Source of the DNA: Mustelus asterias
Taxonomy: Eukaryota
Length of the DNA stretch: 64,000 nt
NCBI RefSeq assembly: GCF_964213995.1
Contig: NW_027590284.1
Span: forward strand, 372,001 to 436,000
Direction: 5' to 3'
In this document: positions 12,694 to 24,973 of the stretch, one piece after another
Numbering within the stretch: position 1 is the first letter of the stretch
Layout of the letters: every line of letters starts with the position of its first letter
Made by a program: the position numbers and the translations under genes
Notes under the pieces: generated by a model
The model's input: the letters and a program-made list of their open reading frames with translations, nothing else
Told to the model about the DNA's origin: nothing
The model's database searches: none

Positions 12694-12998
12694 GTGTCCA
12701 GTCGGAGGTTGTGTTGACTCAGCCAGAGGCAGAGACCGGGCGTCCCGGAGGCTCCCTGACACTGACCTGTAAAACCAGCGGCTTCGATCTTGGCAGCGCT
12801 TACATGCACTGGGTCCGACAGGTTCCAGGACAGGGGCTGGAGTGGTTGCTTTACTACTACTCTTCATCAAACAACAACTACGCCCCAGCAATTAAGGATC
12901 GATTTACTGCGTCCAAAGACACTTCACGCAACATCTTCTCTTTGGAAATGACGAGGCTGAAGACCGAAGACACCGCCATCTATTACTGTGCAAGACAC
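12694..12998 (+). CDS. IGHV: IgM VH exon ([51 protein letters not shown]...[10 protein letters not shown])
   Basis: Acceptor tttttacag at 12693; open frame with both canonical Cys, WVRQ and YYCAR; shark-type VH framework. Confidence 0.97.
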
Positions 12999-13037
12999 CA
13001 CAGCGAGAGGAACCAGGGATGGACCCGGACAAGAACA
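12999..13037 (+). promoter_or_regulatory. VH 23-RSS
   Basis: Heptamer CACAGCG 12999-13005, 23-nt spacer, nonamer ACAAGAACA 13029-13037. Confidence 0.92.
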
Positions 13038-13409
13038 GCTCGAGAGGGAATTCAGCAACTTCCATCATAACCTGAAGGTCAGTGCTTGTTTTAAATGTAG
13101 TATTAACGACAGTGACCAGAACCAAAACACAAAACGCTTCTGACAAACCTAACTTAGTGAAAATTAAACATTAAACCAAGAAAACACACAGACATAATGG
13201 ACTGAGGATTTTCACTCTGTTTATACTTACTCTTAACAGTTTCAGCAATTACACACCTGGATATAACGCTCGTTTTACTATTTCTGATACTTGGAGGAGG
13301 TGTTTCTAGATTGTGTTTTGTAAACTGCTGCATAAACTGTAAATTACATCGAAATAATGGTTTATTTGAAGTACATATTGAGCGGCAGTACTGAACAGAG
13401 AGTGAGTGC

Positions 13410-13489
13410 AGTTTTTGTGCGAGTGTCTGTCACTGTGATACAGCAGTGGGTCACAGTGCTGAGTACAGCGAAATCCTCATACAAAAACC
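13410..13489 (+). other. IGHD: DH1 segment (atacagcagtgggt, 13438-13451) with 5' 12-RSS and 3' 22-RSS
   Basis: AGTTTTTGT-12-CACTGTG | 14 nt | CACAGTG-22-ACAAAAACC; open in all three frames. Confidence 0.95.
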
Positions 13490-13789
13490 TCATGGAAAGA
13501 GATTGTTCAAATTGGTAATCAGTACCACAGCAGGATTTTCAAAGTAAACGAGGCTTCAGTGAAATAATGTGTGGAAGTAATATTAGTTTGTGAAAAGGTA
13601 TAAAAATCTTCCCGTAAAATCTATATTTACCGATATGCTAAATCTACACAGAGAGTTTAAAAGCATTCCGATCCCCTTTATAAATACAATGACCAGGACA
13701 AGCTGAAATATCTCACTCATTCGCTCGTGGATGAGGCAGAATCAGATTTTTGAGACAGCAGTGAAATTAAACAGTTAGCAGTCGGGCAC

Positions 13790-13857
13790 AGTATTTGTCA
13801 TGCTGTGTCTCACTGTGATAACTGGGTGGCACAGCAGTTACTGTCAATACAAAAACC
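13790..13857 (+). other. IGHD: DH2 segment (ataactgggtgg, 13818-13829) with 12-RSS on both sides
   Basis: AGTATTTGT-12-CACTGTG | 12 nt | CACAGCA-12-ACAAAAACC. Confidence 0.95.
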
Positions 13858-14184
13858 CCTCAGCACTAATTGACCGAGACTGGGGCAGTGCTCTGTTTTC
13901 CAATCCAGCATTATTTACAGTGCTGTATTATTTATGTCCCAGCACTACACAAATAGCGAGAATTAATATGGAAAATTTATGATAACTATTTAATTATCAG
14001 TTGGTGTTTTCAATAACTTGATCATGTGACCCTCTATGAAATATAAAACATTAAGGTTATTTACGAAGAGCGAACGGTATCCACCAGTGCAATAATAATT
14101 TCATGAACATGCAGTGATTTGCTTTCCCTCTGGCTTGTGAATTTTTAAAATACTGATGGATTTCTGTCTATTTTGTGCAGAGAT

Positions 14185-14223
14185 GGTTATTGTATGACCC
14201 AGCCTCGAGAATGTGACACTGTG
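14185..14223 (+). promoter_or_regulatory. JH 23-RSS
   Basis: Nonamer GGTTATTGT 14185-14193, 23-nt spacer, heptamer CACTGTG 14217-14223. Confidence 0.93.
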
Positions 14224-14271
14224 ACGCCATGGGCTACTGGGGACAAGGGACCATGGTGACGGTGACTGCAG
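14224..14271 (+). CDS. IGHJ: JH segment (AMGYWGQGTMVTVTA)
   Basis: WGQG motif; phase-1 donor G|GTAAG at 14272. Confidence 0.97.
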
Positions 14272-14359
14272 GTAAGAACCATGCATTTATTTAGTCAGTG
14301 TTTTATTTGAGTTTTTGTTTTGTACTTTTTCTCGATTTTATTAATTCATTCGTTCAATG

Positions 14360-16500
14360 TAATGTGGTTTGGTGGATTCTGTGCTGAAAATCTTTACAAT
14401 GTTTCATGTGATCCTGCTTAAAATGGGGGTTATAGAATTCTACTGTTAATTGACAAAAGGCGATACTGAGTGATTCAGTCTCTTGTTGTGATTTGGTGTT
14501 TATCTGCTGAGGACATTGTGTGGCTGGATTACTTTAAATGCATTCCTTTTGTTAAACAGTTCGGCGTTTCTTCAATGTTTAATCTCGGTGACATCTAGTG
14601 GCTGCGAGTTGCACCATCTACTGCACAAGTGTTTGAAATCTAACCCAATATTAACAAAATGTGTTAAAGTTTCTACTTTAATGTTGCGAACATGTTCCGC
14701 TTAATCACAATCTGGTTTTGTTATCTCATTGTTGTGCTTATTTTAATCATTAGTTGCTTTGGTGATGGTCAGATTGGCTGGATTTTAAATTGAGATTTTC
14801 TGCCAATGTGAAATTTGATTCTGTTGCAACTGTTTGTAGAATTGAGCTGCTTCTGCATGAACCGGGGTTCAGTCCCTCAGTGCTGCGTGTTTCTGGTGAG
14901 GAGGTTGTCTGGCTGGGTGACTTTGAATAAGTAAAATTTGTGAAATGGTTCGGAGATTCTGCATTGTTTCCACTCGGTGACACTGAGCTGTTACACACTT
15001 TGTGATTGAATACAAACAGTCTGCGGGTTTTAAACTACTTGACGCGTGCCTGCAGACAGAAATCAGGCAGGCTTTATTGTATTTGTATTTTTTTAAATCG
15101 TAGCTGATAATTGCAGGTTAAACCAAACCATGGTTTATGCCACTCGTCCAAAACATAGTTTACCACAGCATTCACAATTTGGGATACATGCCATGTTTAA
15201 CCTCGGTGGCATCTGACGGCTGCAGCTTTTACCCACCCAATATTTTAATATGTTTGAAATCTGTTTGAAATATGACCCAATATGAATAGAATGTGGTAAA
15301 ATTTCAATATTAATTTGTTGGACATATTCCACCTCCTCGCAATGCTATTGCTCTTATTCCAAATTTCTGTTTAGTTCAATCATTCATATATTTGGTGACG
15401 AGCTGGTTTACCGGATTGAATATTGAGATTTCCTTGCAATCATATTTTTGATTTTGTTGAATGGATAATTGAGTTGCGTCCCCGTGAAACGGATTCATTC
15501 CCTCATTGATGTGTTTTGGTGTGTTTCTGTTGAGGAGGTTCTGTTGTTGGGTCACTAAGAATGTTTAAAATGTGTGAAATGTTTTGGTGTTTCTGCATTG
15601 TTTAAACTCGGTGGCAGTGAGCGGTTACACGTTTTCTGGTTAAATGCAAATAATCTATGAGTTTGAAAATCCTTGTAGGGAGAAAATAAGCAGGTTGTGA
15701 AATAAATAAAATAAAGGTATTACAGCATTTTAATAAATTTTAACTAACTTAGAAATTAAAATAAATCATGTCTTACAACGCTCAATCGGACACTAAGTAG
15801 TTGCTGCAAAAAGAAACTTCTCGTTAACAAGTTTGATAGTAAAATTAATATAAATCAAACTGTTATTAATCGGTAACATAACTACATATTCACAAAAGAT
15901 TATTTTCCATTAATATCATTTCGCATTAATCGGCGTTAATAGTTCTGCTGTGCTTTGCATACAATTAACATGACCAGAAAGGTTTCTCGGCTGGAAATAT
16001 TTTGTGATAATTCCAGAAACTATTTCCATGATAACATGCTGTTTCCACAGCAGCGCTCAGTTCAACAAGATACTTTGCATTAATTGTTATATCCCCGATG
16101 AAGTTCGCATTCACTTAAATCTGAGTTTTGGAGAATAATTGGCAATAAAACGCTATTTGGCAATTTTTGTGCCCGATTATTACATTGTTTCTGTGCAGGC
16201 GCAGCATTCCTTCCAAGTAATTTGTAGTTGGATGCAGAGGTAATTAATCACTAATCTCATCCCAAAATTTGTGAAATGGTTTGGTGTTTCTCAATTGTTT
16301 CTGTATTGTTTCAACTCGGTGATCCTGAGCGGTTACACTTTTTCTCGCTAAATGAAAAAAACAAACTGCGTTTAAACATCCTTGTCAGGATAAAACAAAC
16401 TGGTATCGGAAAAAATAAAACAAATATATATTTGAGCATTTTATTCATGTTAACTGATGCTTGCAGATTAAAGTAAATCATGAATTACAATTCTTACGGC
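14360..16500 (+). repeat. Three to four diverged copies of a ~400-600 bp unit in the J-C intron
   Basis: Shared block gtgaaatggtt(t/c)gg..ttctgcattgttt..actcggtg....tgagcggttacac at ~14940, ~15575, ~16270 and more weakly ~14560. Confidence 0.75.
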
Positions 16501-18057
16501 GTCACTGTATCTCTGTTAGGGACATTACACTACACTGGATCTGTTATATCTGATGTGCTCATTTTCAGAAAAAAAATATTTTTTTTGCCTAGTTTTCGAA
16601 ATTTGAGATAGACAGGGAGAAATAGTTAAAAGTCGAAGGGAATTTTGAAATGAATATCAGTTTAATTTAAAAGAAGTTATTGATTTTTGTTGTAGTTTGA
16701 AAATTGATCAATTAGAATCCCGCAGTTTAAATAAATGTGACAGAGTGAACACAGTTTTCTGACAGGTGGAATTCGCTAACACTAAACAATTGTTCATATA
16801 ATGGTGTTTGAATTGTCGTAAGGTGTCAACAGAAACTGGCTAGAGATTTGCAATTTAATACTTGAAATTCAAATAATTAATTTTTATAATATTATAATAT
16901 TTTTATATTAGTAATATTTGCTCTGCATTTAATAATCACATCCTGTCTCCCATTACTGCTGAACATAGAATAGAATTATTGGATGAATAAATGACAGAAT
17001 GGAAGAATTGATTCTATTTGAGCATTATGTTTAATTAGTATTAAATATTATACTGAAGAAAAAGTCTCGACTTATTTTGTGCATCATGTTTCAGTGTTGC
17101 AGAGGATTTGAATCAATTGTCCTCATTGTGTTTTTCATTGTTTAATTCAGAACTTCTTAATTTAAACAATATGTTCAGTAATTAAATTATATGGATGGTC
17201 CAAATTATTAAATCTAGGAAGCAGCTTCATTGACCTCAAACTGCCAGGCCGTTACAGTATATACAAATTCAGAAACATGCATTCTTAACACGTTTGCAGG
17301 TTATAATAAGGCATTTGGAGTAAAAGTGGAAATGAAAAAACATGACAATGTTATTCGATTTAAGCAAATGAATTACAGATGTCTGAATTTTTCCATTCAG
17401 TAATTTGAAGTTTATTGTTTAAGATTTAATTGGAACCTAATTACTTCACAATGTTCGAGGCAGGGAAAGTTTTGAATGATTGAAAACTGATTTTATTAGG
17501 GAGTACAAATCAGCTAACAGGAAAAGTAACCGGCAATTAACAAAACAAAATATAATATTGGTGCTAATTAATTCAAAACAAAATACCTTGAATAATGCAC
17601 GGGCGTGCAAAGTATCATCCGTTTCAGAGAATGTTTAATTGTATCGAAAATGAATTAAGAGACAAAACCTTTCTTTCATCAGCTATGCTTAGCTCGATAA
17701 GGTGTTTTATCTCGAATATTTTGTTGATTACATTTAATTAAGAAATTCGATCGAATCAGGTAATGATTTTCAATGTAAATGTTTCTTGGTTTATTTAATC
17801 CTTACTGTGTCACTGTATCTCTGTCGGGGACATTGAACTGTCCTGAATCTGTTATTTTTGATTCCTAATTTTCAGCGAAATTACATTTTTACATAGTTTT
17901 CGAGAAGTGAGACAGACAGAGAGACTTAATTTAAAATCGACAGGAGTTTTGAAATGAATATCAGTTTTATTTAAAAGAGGTTATTGATTTTCTGTTGCAA
18001 ATTGAACATTGATCAATTAGAATCAAACAGTTTGAATTAAATTGACAGATTGATCAT
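16501..18057 (+). repeat. Dispersed ~250-bp direct repeat (16501-16750 and 17809-18057)
   Basis: Both begin gtcactgtatctctgt.ggggacatt and contain ttttgaaatgaatatcagttt.atttaaaaga.gttattgatttt and ttgatcaattagaatc. Confidence 0.85.
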
Positions 18058-18529
18058 ACCTACCTGCTGGGAAATCGATTGTTGCACCGTTTGTGTCTGT
18101 TCTGTTTCTGCGCGCGTGGTCACTGTGTTGGGACCAGGAATCTGCCTGACTGGTTGTAAAACTTCTGGTTCCTTCTGCTGTATTTCAGGGAGTGAAATTT
18201 GATTTATTTCTTCAATAAACTTGTATCTGTGAGAAATGTGACAGTTTGACTTGATGTTTGGCTCGGCGTCTCAGAAATGAGATCCCTAAAGCATATTGTG
18301 ACCATCAGAGAGAGCAGAAACGTCAGATTGTAGAGGGAGATTTGGATGATTTTTAACCAGTGATGTACCGGCCTTGGGAATGTTCGATGAGCAAATGCAA
18401 AGTGAGATTTACTATATTGTGCTCCGTAGTAAAGCAGTCCATGACCTGTTTGGTATGACAGTTGAAGGGTCAAATTCATTTGCATCTTATTTTTAATCTT
18501 CTAAACCCATTTTAGAGTCATTTGCTCGG

Positions 18530-18960
18530 CCAGAAGTTTTAATCATCAATAATTGTTCCTTGAGAAAGTGTTGATATAAAGCATCCTTGAATAACTGCAA
18601 TCCATATGCTGCAGGCATCCGCCGTGCTGTTAGGTGGAAGTTCCAGGATTTTGACCCAGAAGGAACTGAGGTATTGTTTCAAGTCAGGATGGTGTGTGTC
18701 TTGGAGGGGAGCTTGCAGGTGGTAGTCTTCATATGTGGCTGCTGCCCTTATCCTGTTAGGATATAAAGGCAACGGGTTTGGACAGTGTTTACTATGGAGC
18801 CTTGGTGAGTTGCTGCAGTGCATCTTGTATATAACACACACTGCTGTCACTGCTTGTTAGTGATGGAGAGAGCGAATAGGGTGAATGAGGGGGCGGATAA
18901 TCTTGTGGGTGGCTTTGCCCTGGATTGTGTCATATTTCTTGAGTTTTTACAGGTTTCCCT
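18530..18960 (-). mobile_element. L2/Crack-like LINE 3' fragment
   Basis: ORF 18539-18850 TAVCVIYKMHCSNSPRL..PNPLPL..RIRAA, C-terminus of the same family as 6780-7450. Confidence 0.65.
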
Positions 18961-19134
18961 CATTGAGTAGGGTGAATTATTCAATTGCGACTGATTGCGA
19001 AAGATTTAAATGTTTTTCCAACCCTTGGCCCGCGCTCCGTATTGTGCTCACTTGTCACTCCCACGTACTGTGTGAATGGGTGAGTATGTGTGGAGTGAGT
19101 GTGTTTTCCAGACTGAATCAGCCAAATAGAGACT

Positions 19135-20168
19135 TATACACATCACACACTCTCACACACATAAATACTCTCATATTCTCTCACACATGCACACACACAA
19201 ACATACATACTCACACTTACTTTCTCTCTCATACGGTCTCTCTTACACACCCATACACATTCTCTCTCTCACGTTACACATACACTCTCTCAATACAAAT
19301 ACATACATCGTCTCGCTCTCTCCATCAATCTCTCACATCCCCATACACAAAAGCGCTCACATCCCCACACACCCACCCATTCTCTCTTACACACAGACAC
19401 ACACTCTCACATAAGCACAGTCTCACACTCTCGCGCACGCACTCTCACATGGACTCTCTCTCTTCCACTCTCTGTCACACACGCTCAAGCTGTCTCACAT
19501 TTCTCCACACGCTCTCTCACAATTCCTCTTGCACACGCATCTCTTCCTCTCTCTCACACACACACACGCACATATTTCTATTTCTCTTGCGCACACTATC
19601 TCACACCTCTGCATTCTTGCTCTCACACACTGGCTCTCTCACAATCACTCTCTCACAAACATAGAACATGCACACACTCTAACACACACTCTTACACACA
19701 GACACAGTCTCTCCCATAAGCACAGTCTCGCGCACACATTCGCTCTCTCACACACACATGCACTATGCCTCTCACATTCCCTCTTCCGTACACTCTCACT
19801 TCGTCTCACACACATTCCCATGCTCTCTCTCTCTCATACGGACACTTGCACATGTATTCTCTCACACAGGCACATATTTCTCTCTCTTTCACACGCTCAC
19901 TCCCTTACACATTGTCTCACATGCACAATCTTGCTCTCAAACACTGTCTCTCACAAACACCCTCTCTTTCACACGCACACAATCTCTCACACAGTCTCTA
20001 CTTCTCTTACATACGAACACACATGTATGTACAATGTATCTCTCTTTAAACACTCCACCTATCACAGACACATGTTCTCTCAACAGTTATTTCACTCACA
20101 CACACTCACGCATCCATTCTGTCTAAGTTTCACACTTTTTCTCGCTCACACACACTCTCCCCGCCCCT

Positions 20169-20220
<52 letters not shown>

Positions 20221-20735
20221 TCAAACACCCCACATTGCTTCTATCTCCCACACACATTGTACACATCTTTCGCACTCACACGCCATCCCATGCACAGTTT
20301 CACACACTGATGAACATATTATTTTGCTTTCCAATAGGCACTCCCTCTCACACACACTGTCTTTCACATGAACACAACACTCTCCCACACACACACCCTC
20401 CCTCAAGCACACACACTCTCTTTCACAGACATCGTGTATCTCAAATAGACACACTCCCTTTCACATCAACATACACACACTCACACACAGAAGTACTCTT
20501 TCACACAGACTCCCCACACACACTCTCCCCGCCCCTCCACACACATACATTTTCAAGAAGAGACACACTGTCACACACAAAGAATAACTCTTCAAACACA
20601 CATTCTGTCTCACACACACACATTATCTCACACATCCTTTCTCTCACGCACACTCTCTCCTCTTGCACGCACAGCCCACTGTCTCACACACGTGCAAACG
20701 CATTCTATCATTCACAGGCATCCTCACACACACAT

Positions 20736-20769
<34 letters not shown>

Positions 20770-20780
20770 CCTCTACCACT
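19135..20780. repeat. (CA)/(CT)-rich low-complexity tract
   Basis: Degenerate cacacactctctc; pure (AC)n at ~20169-20215 and (CT)n before the gap; explains the His/Thr/Ser-rich ORFs. Confidence 0.95.
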
Positions 20781-20929
20781 NNNNNNNNNNNNNNNNNNNN
20801 NNNNNNNNNNNNNNNNNNNNNNNNNNNNNNNNNNNNNNNNNNNNNNNNNNNNNNNNNNNNNNNNNNNNNNNNNNNNNNNNNNNNNNNNNNNNNNNNNNNN
20901 NNNNNNNNNNNNNNNNNNNNNNNNNNNNN
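20781..20929. other. Assembly gap (149 N) inside the J-C intron
   Basis: Run of n; true intron length and V-to-C contiguity are unproven. Confidence 1.
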
Positions 20930-20954
20930 CAGAGTGTCTGTCCTTGACACCATA

Positions 20955-21265
20955 GAGTAGAATCATAGGATGCTACAGTGCAGAAGGAGGCCATTCAGCC
21001 CACCGAGTCTGCACCAATAGCAATCCCACCAAAGCCCTATCCCCATAACCACATGTATCTACCCTAACTAGTCCCCCTGACACTAAGGGGCAATTTAGCA
21101 CGGCCAATCCACCGAACCCACACATCTTTGGGCTGTGGGAGGAAACAGGCGCACCCGAAGGAAACCCAAACAGACACGGGGGGAACTTGCAAACTCCACA
21201 CAGACAGTGACCCAAGTCGGGAATCCAACTCTGAGGCAGCAGCGCGAATCACTGTGCCACTGCCA
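20955..21265 (-). mobile_element. tRNA-derived V-SINE (HE1-like)
   Basis: tgcaaactccacacagacagtgacccaag, ctacagtgcagaaggaggccattcagccc; near-identical to 60808-61124. Confidence 0.85.
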
Positions 21266-21300
21266 CCGCCCCCCCCCCACCCCGATACGCCCCCCACCCC

Positions 21301-21545
21301 GGTAGCATTTGAATGAGGGTGGGATCAAGGGGCCCGAGTAAAACTAGTCAATAAGAATCGGCGGGAAATTCTTCTCTGTTTGGAGTCATACTTAGCACAA
21401 AGCAACATGGTATTGGTGGTTGGAGGTCAAACATCTAATTTCAGATTTCACTGCAGGATTTCGGCAGGGGATTGTTTCGGGACCAACAATCTTCTACTGC
21501 TTCAACAGTGACATTCCCTCCAACATGAGGTCAGAAGTAGGAATT
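21301..21545 (+). mobile_element. L2/Crack-like LINE RT fragment
   Basis: ggagtcatacttagcacaaag..ggttggaggtcaa..cactgcagga..gaccaacaatcttc..tgcttcaacagtgac, a degenerate GVPQGS region of the same family as 6780-7450. Confidence 0.55.
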
Positions 21546-21834
21546 TCCATGTGTTACACCGGACACAAAAACCCAAAAAATAAGAAGGGAATTGGCTGAG
21601 ACCAAGGCCGCCTGGCTCCCCAATACTAGTTGATTCCTGTGCGACCCATCCTAGTTTTGCTGTCAGCTTCCCTACAGCTCCCTCAGTCTGACTATTTGTT
21701 CACTGGTACGTGTTTCTTAAAGAAAGACACCGACATTAAAGCAGCTGCCTGGTGATTTACACATCCCTGTTACTGAAAGCTGATCAATGTGGAGAATCGG
21801 GAAAAGATCGATGTAGAGGAAGAGGTGGAAGTGG

Positions 21835-23265
21835 CCCACTGACTCTCTCACCCTCACCCACACTTCCTCACTCACCCTCAAACTCTCATCCTCACTCAAA
21901 GAACTTGACTCACTCACCCTCACTTACCCACCTTCCCTCGCTGACACACTCTCACTCATTCATCCCCACTCACAAATCCCAACTCACTCATCCCAACTCA
22001 CTCACCCTTGCTCACTCATCCACCCTCACACACTCAATTTCACACACTCAACCTCACACACTCAACTTCACACACTCAATTTCACGCACTCAATCTCAGA
22101 AACTCACTGACCCTCATTCACCCTGAGTCACTCACCCTCACACCCTCACTCACTCAAAATCCATCACACACATTCGCTCTCTCACTCTCGCCCATCCTCA
22201 CTCACTCACCCTCATTCACTCACATTCACACCCTCATTCACTCACCAGCACTCACTCACTCAGTCACACTCACTCGCCCTCACACACCCTCATTCACTCA
22301 CTGTCACTCAGTCACCCACACTCACACGCTATCACTCACTCAACCTCACTCACTAACCCTCAGTCACTCACTCAGAGCCTCAGTCACTCACCAACACTCA
22401 TAGTCACCTTCGTTCACTCATCCCACTATCCCAGCCTCACTCACCCACTCTCACTCACTCAGTCCACTTACCCACCTTCACTCATCCAGTCTCAATCACT
22501 CTCACTCACTCACCGCACTTACCCTCCCTCACTCATCCAGTCTCAATCTCTCTCATTCACCCTCACTCACTCTCCCCACTTACCCACCCTCACTCACCCA
22601 GACGTTGCCCCACACACTCAAGCTCAATTACCCTCTCTCTCTCACGTACGCCACCTGACCCATTCAAACTCCCTGAGACTCACGCACCTACATTCACTCA
22701 CACACCCTCACATATTCACCATCACTCACGTTCACCCACCCTAACTCACAGATCCTCAATCATTCATCCTCAGTCAAACACCTTTACTCACTCACCTTCA
22801 CTCATCCACCCATCTGCATTCATTCTCCCTCACACACTCTCACACACCACCCTCAATAACACACCCTGACTCACTCACTCTCTCACCCTCACTTACTAAG
22901 TCACATTCACTCCTCACCCTCATTCACTCGCTCTCACTCACCCACCTTCACTAACCTTCACGCATCCTCACTCACTCACCCTCATTCATTCTCTCTTACC
23001 GACACTCACTCACCCACCTTCACTCACACTTTCAGCCACCTTCACTCACCCACCCTCTCTCACACACCCTCATTTACTCACGCTCTCTCACCCTCACCCA
23101 CACTCACTCACTCACTCACCCTCAATCACTCATCCTCATTGAAAGAACTTCACTCACTCACTCTCACTTGCCCACCTTCCATCACTCACACACCATCACT
23201 CATCCACTCTCACTCCTTCAATCACTCACCCTCACGCACTCACATTCTCTCACTCACACTCGCTA
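21835..23265. repeat. (TCAC/CCCTCAC)n low-complexity tract
   Basis: Degenerate ctcactcaccctca repeats; C-rich top strand. Confidence 0.95.
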
Positions 23266-23384
23266 AACCTGTGTGCGGAGGTCTGCAACGAGAGAGAAGA
23301 AAGATCTCAAGCGGCAGTTTGGTGTTCAAATGTGGGAGCTGCCCTGCGAATGTAGAGAGCTGGGGGGAATCCCTGGGGGCTCAG

Positions 23385-24000
23385 GGCCAAGGACAATGGC
23401 AAAGAGCCGGGGAGAACAGGAGGCGTGCTAAATGGCAGAGAGCCGGGGGGGAAGGGCAGAGAGCCTGGGGAATGGGCCCACAGCCGGGCAACAGGGCTGA
23501 GAGCCGGGAAAGGGCAGAGAGTCAGGAGAAAGCGCAGAGAGCCAGAAGAAAGGGCAGAGAGCTAATAGAAAGGGCAGGGAGCCAGGTGAAAGGGCAGAGA
23601 ACCAGGAGAAAGGGCAGAGAGACCAGGGAAAGAGGAGAGAGCCAGGATAAAGGGCAGGGAGGCCGGGGAAAGGACAGAGAGCCGAGGAAAAGGACAAGAG
23701 AGCCCAGAGGAAAGGGCAGAAAGTCAAGGGGAAAGGCAGAAAGTCAGGGGGAAAGGGCAGAGAGCCAGGGGAAAGGGGAAAGTGGATAGGGAGCAGGGAC
23801 ACCGGGCAGAGAGCCGGGGGAAAGGGTAGGGAGCTGAGGGAAAGGGCAGGGAGCCGGGGGAGAGGGGACAGAGCTGGAGGGAAGTGTAGAGAGCCAGGTG
23901 GAAGTGCGGAGAGCCGGGTGAAAGGGGAAAAGAGCCACAGGGAATAGCAGAGAGCCAGGGGAAAGCGCAGAGAGTCGGGGAAAATGGGCAGAGAGTGGGT
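23385..24000 (+). repeat. G/A-rich 20-bp tandem array (consensus AGGGCAGAGAGCCAGGRGAA), ~30 units
   Basis: 20-nt register visible, e.g. 23521-23640; top strand almost purely purine. Confidence 0.92.
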
Positions 24001-24321
24001 GATCGACGGGCGGAGTGAGGATGTGCAAAATAGAGCGAGCACCACAACCAGATCATCTGTAATCTCAGTGAATAATGGAGGAGACTTCAGGGCCCGAATG
24101 GCCAACTCTTGCTCTTAATGTATGACCCTTCAATTAGTCAATGTTGCAATTATTTGAATTTGTAATCACATTGAGAGTTTCCTGGTCATTCAGTAAGTAT
24201 TCATTCCGAAGGTAGTTTTGAAGCAAAGACACTAATCTTCGTTTTGTGGAGTGAGGGGCAGTGAGTTGGAGAGAGGAAGGGGCATCAGTTAGTTTGAACA
24301 CAGGCAATAGCCAAAACTACA

Positions 24322-24442
24322 ATGTGGATATGCCGACGCTAGGTTGGGGTGGGCACAGTAAGGAGTCTCACAACACCAGGTTAAAGTACAACAGGCTTAT
24401 TTGGAATCGTGAGCTTTTGGAGCTCTTTCATCAGGTGAGTGG
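24322..24442 (-). mobile_element. Penelope-like terminal fragment
   Basis: gtctcacaacaccaggttaaagtacaacaggcttatttgg matches the 36330 hairpin; minus strand cacctgatgaaagagctccaaaagctc is a decayed hammerhead-like core. Confidence 0.5.
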
Positions 24443-24973
24443 CTGATATGAATGAAGAGACAACTTCTTCATCACAAAGTGCTGTTGTTTGAGAAATAGC
24501 TCGTGCCTGAAGTAATGGAGAAACTCTTTACACTTCTCTGTTAATCTAATGAATGGTATGAAATTACAATGACATCAAAATGTTTTTGTCTTTCCAACCT
24601 GATAGAGCTCGAGACAGTGATGTGAGTTTCTACAAAGATGGCGATTCTCAAATGATAGGAGTAACAGAAGCTGAAAGGTGTATGTAGGTCTTAATCGGGA
24701 AATATTAAGTTAAGTTCATAATTCGAGACAAATCGTGATGTAGAAACATAGAAAATAAAAGCAGGAGTAGGCCATTCGGCCCTTTGACCCTGCTCTACCA
24801 TTCACTTTGATCACAGCTCATCAATATCCTGACCCCGTCTACTACCCATATCCATTCATCCCTTTAGCCCCAAGAGCTATACCTAATATAGAAACTTACT
24901 TGTATAAATATGTTTGACAAATTAATAAACGCAGATAAGAGTCTAACTTGTTGAATCGACTATTCTTTCCCAG

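Noticed and set aside
18885-24105. Long His/Thr/Ser-rich and Gly/Arg/Glu-rich ORFs (also 29807-31222)
   Set aside because: They are translations of low-complexity repeats that lack stop codons; some span the N gap.
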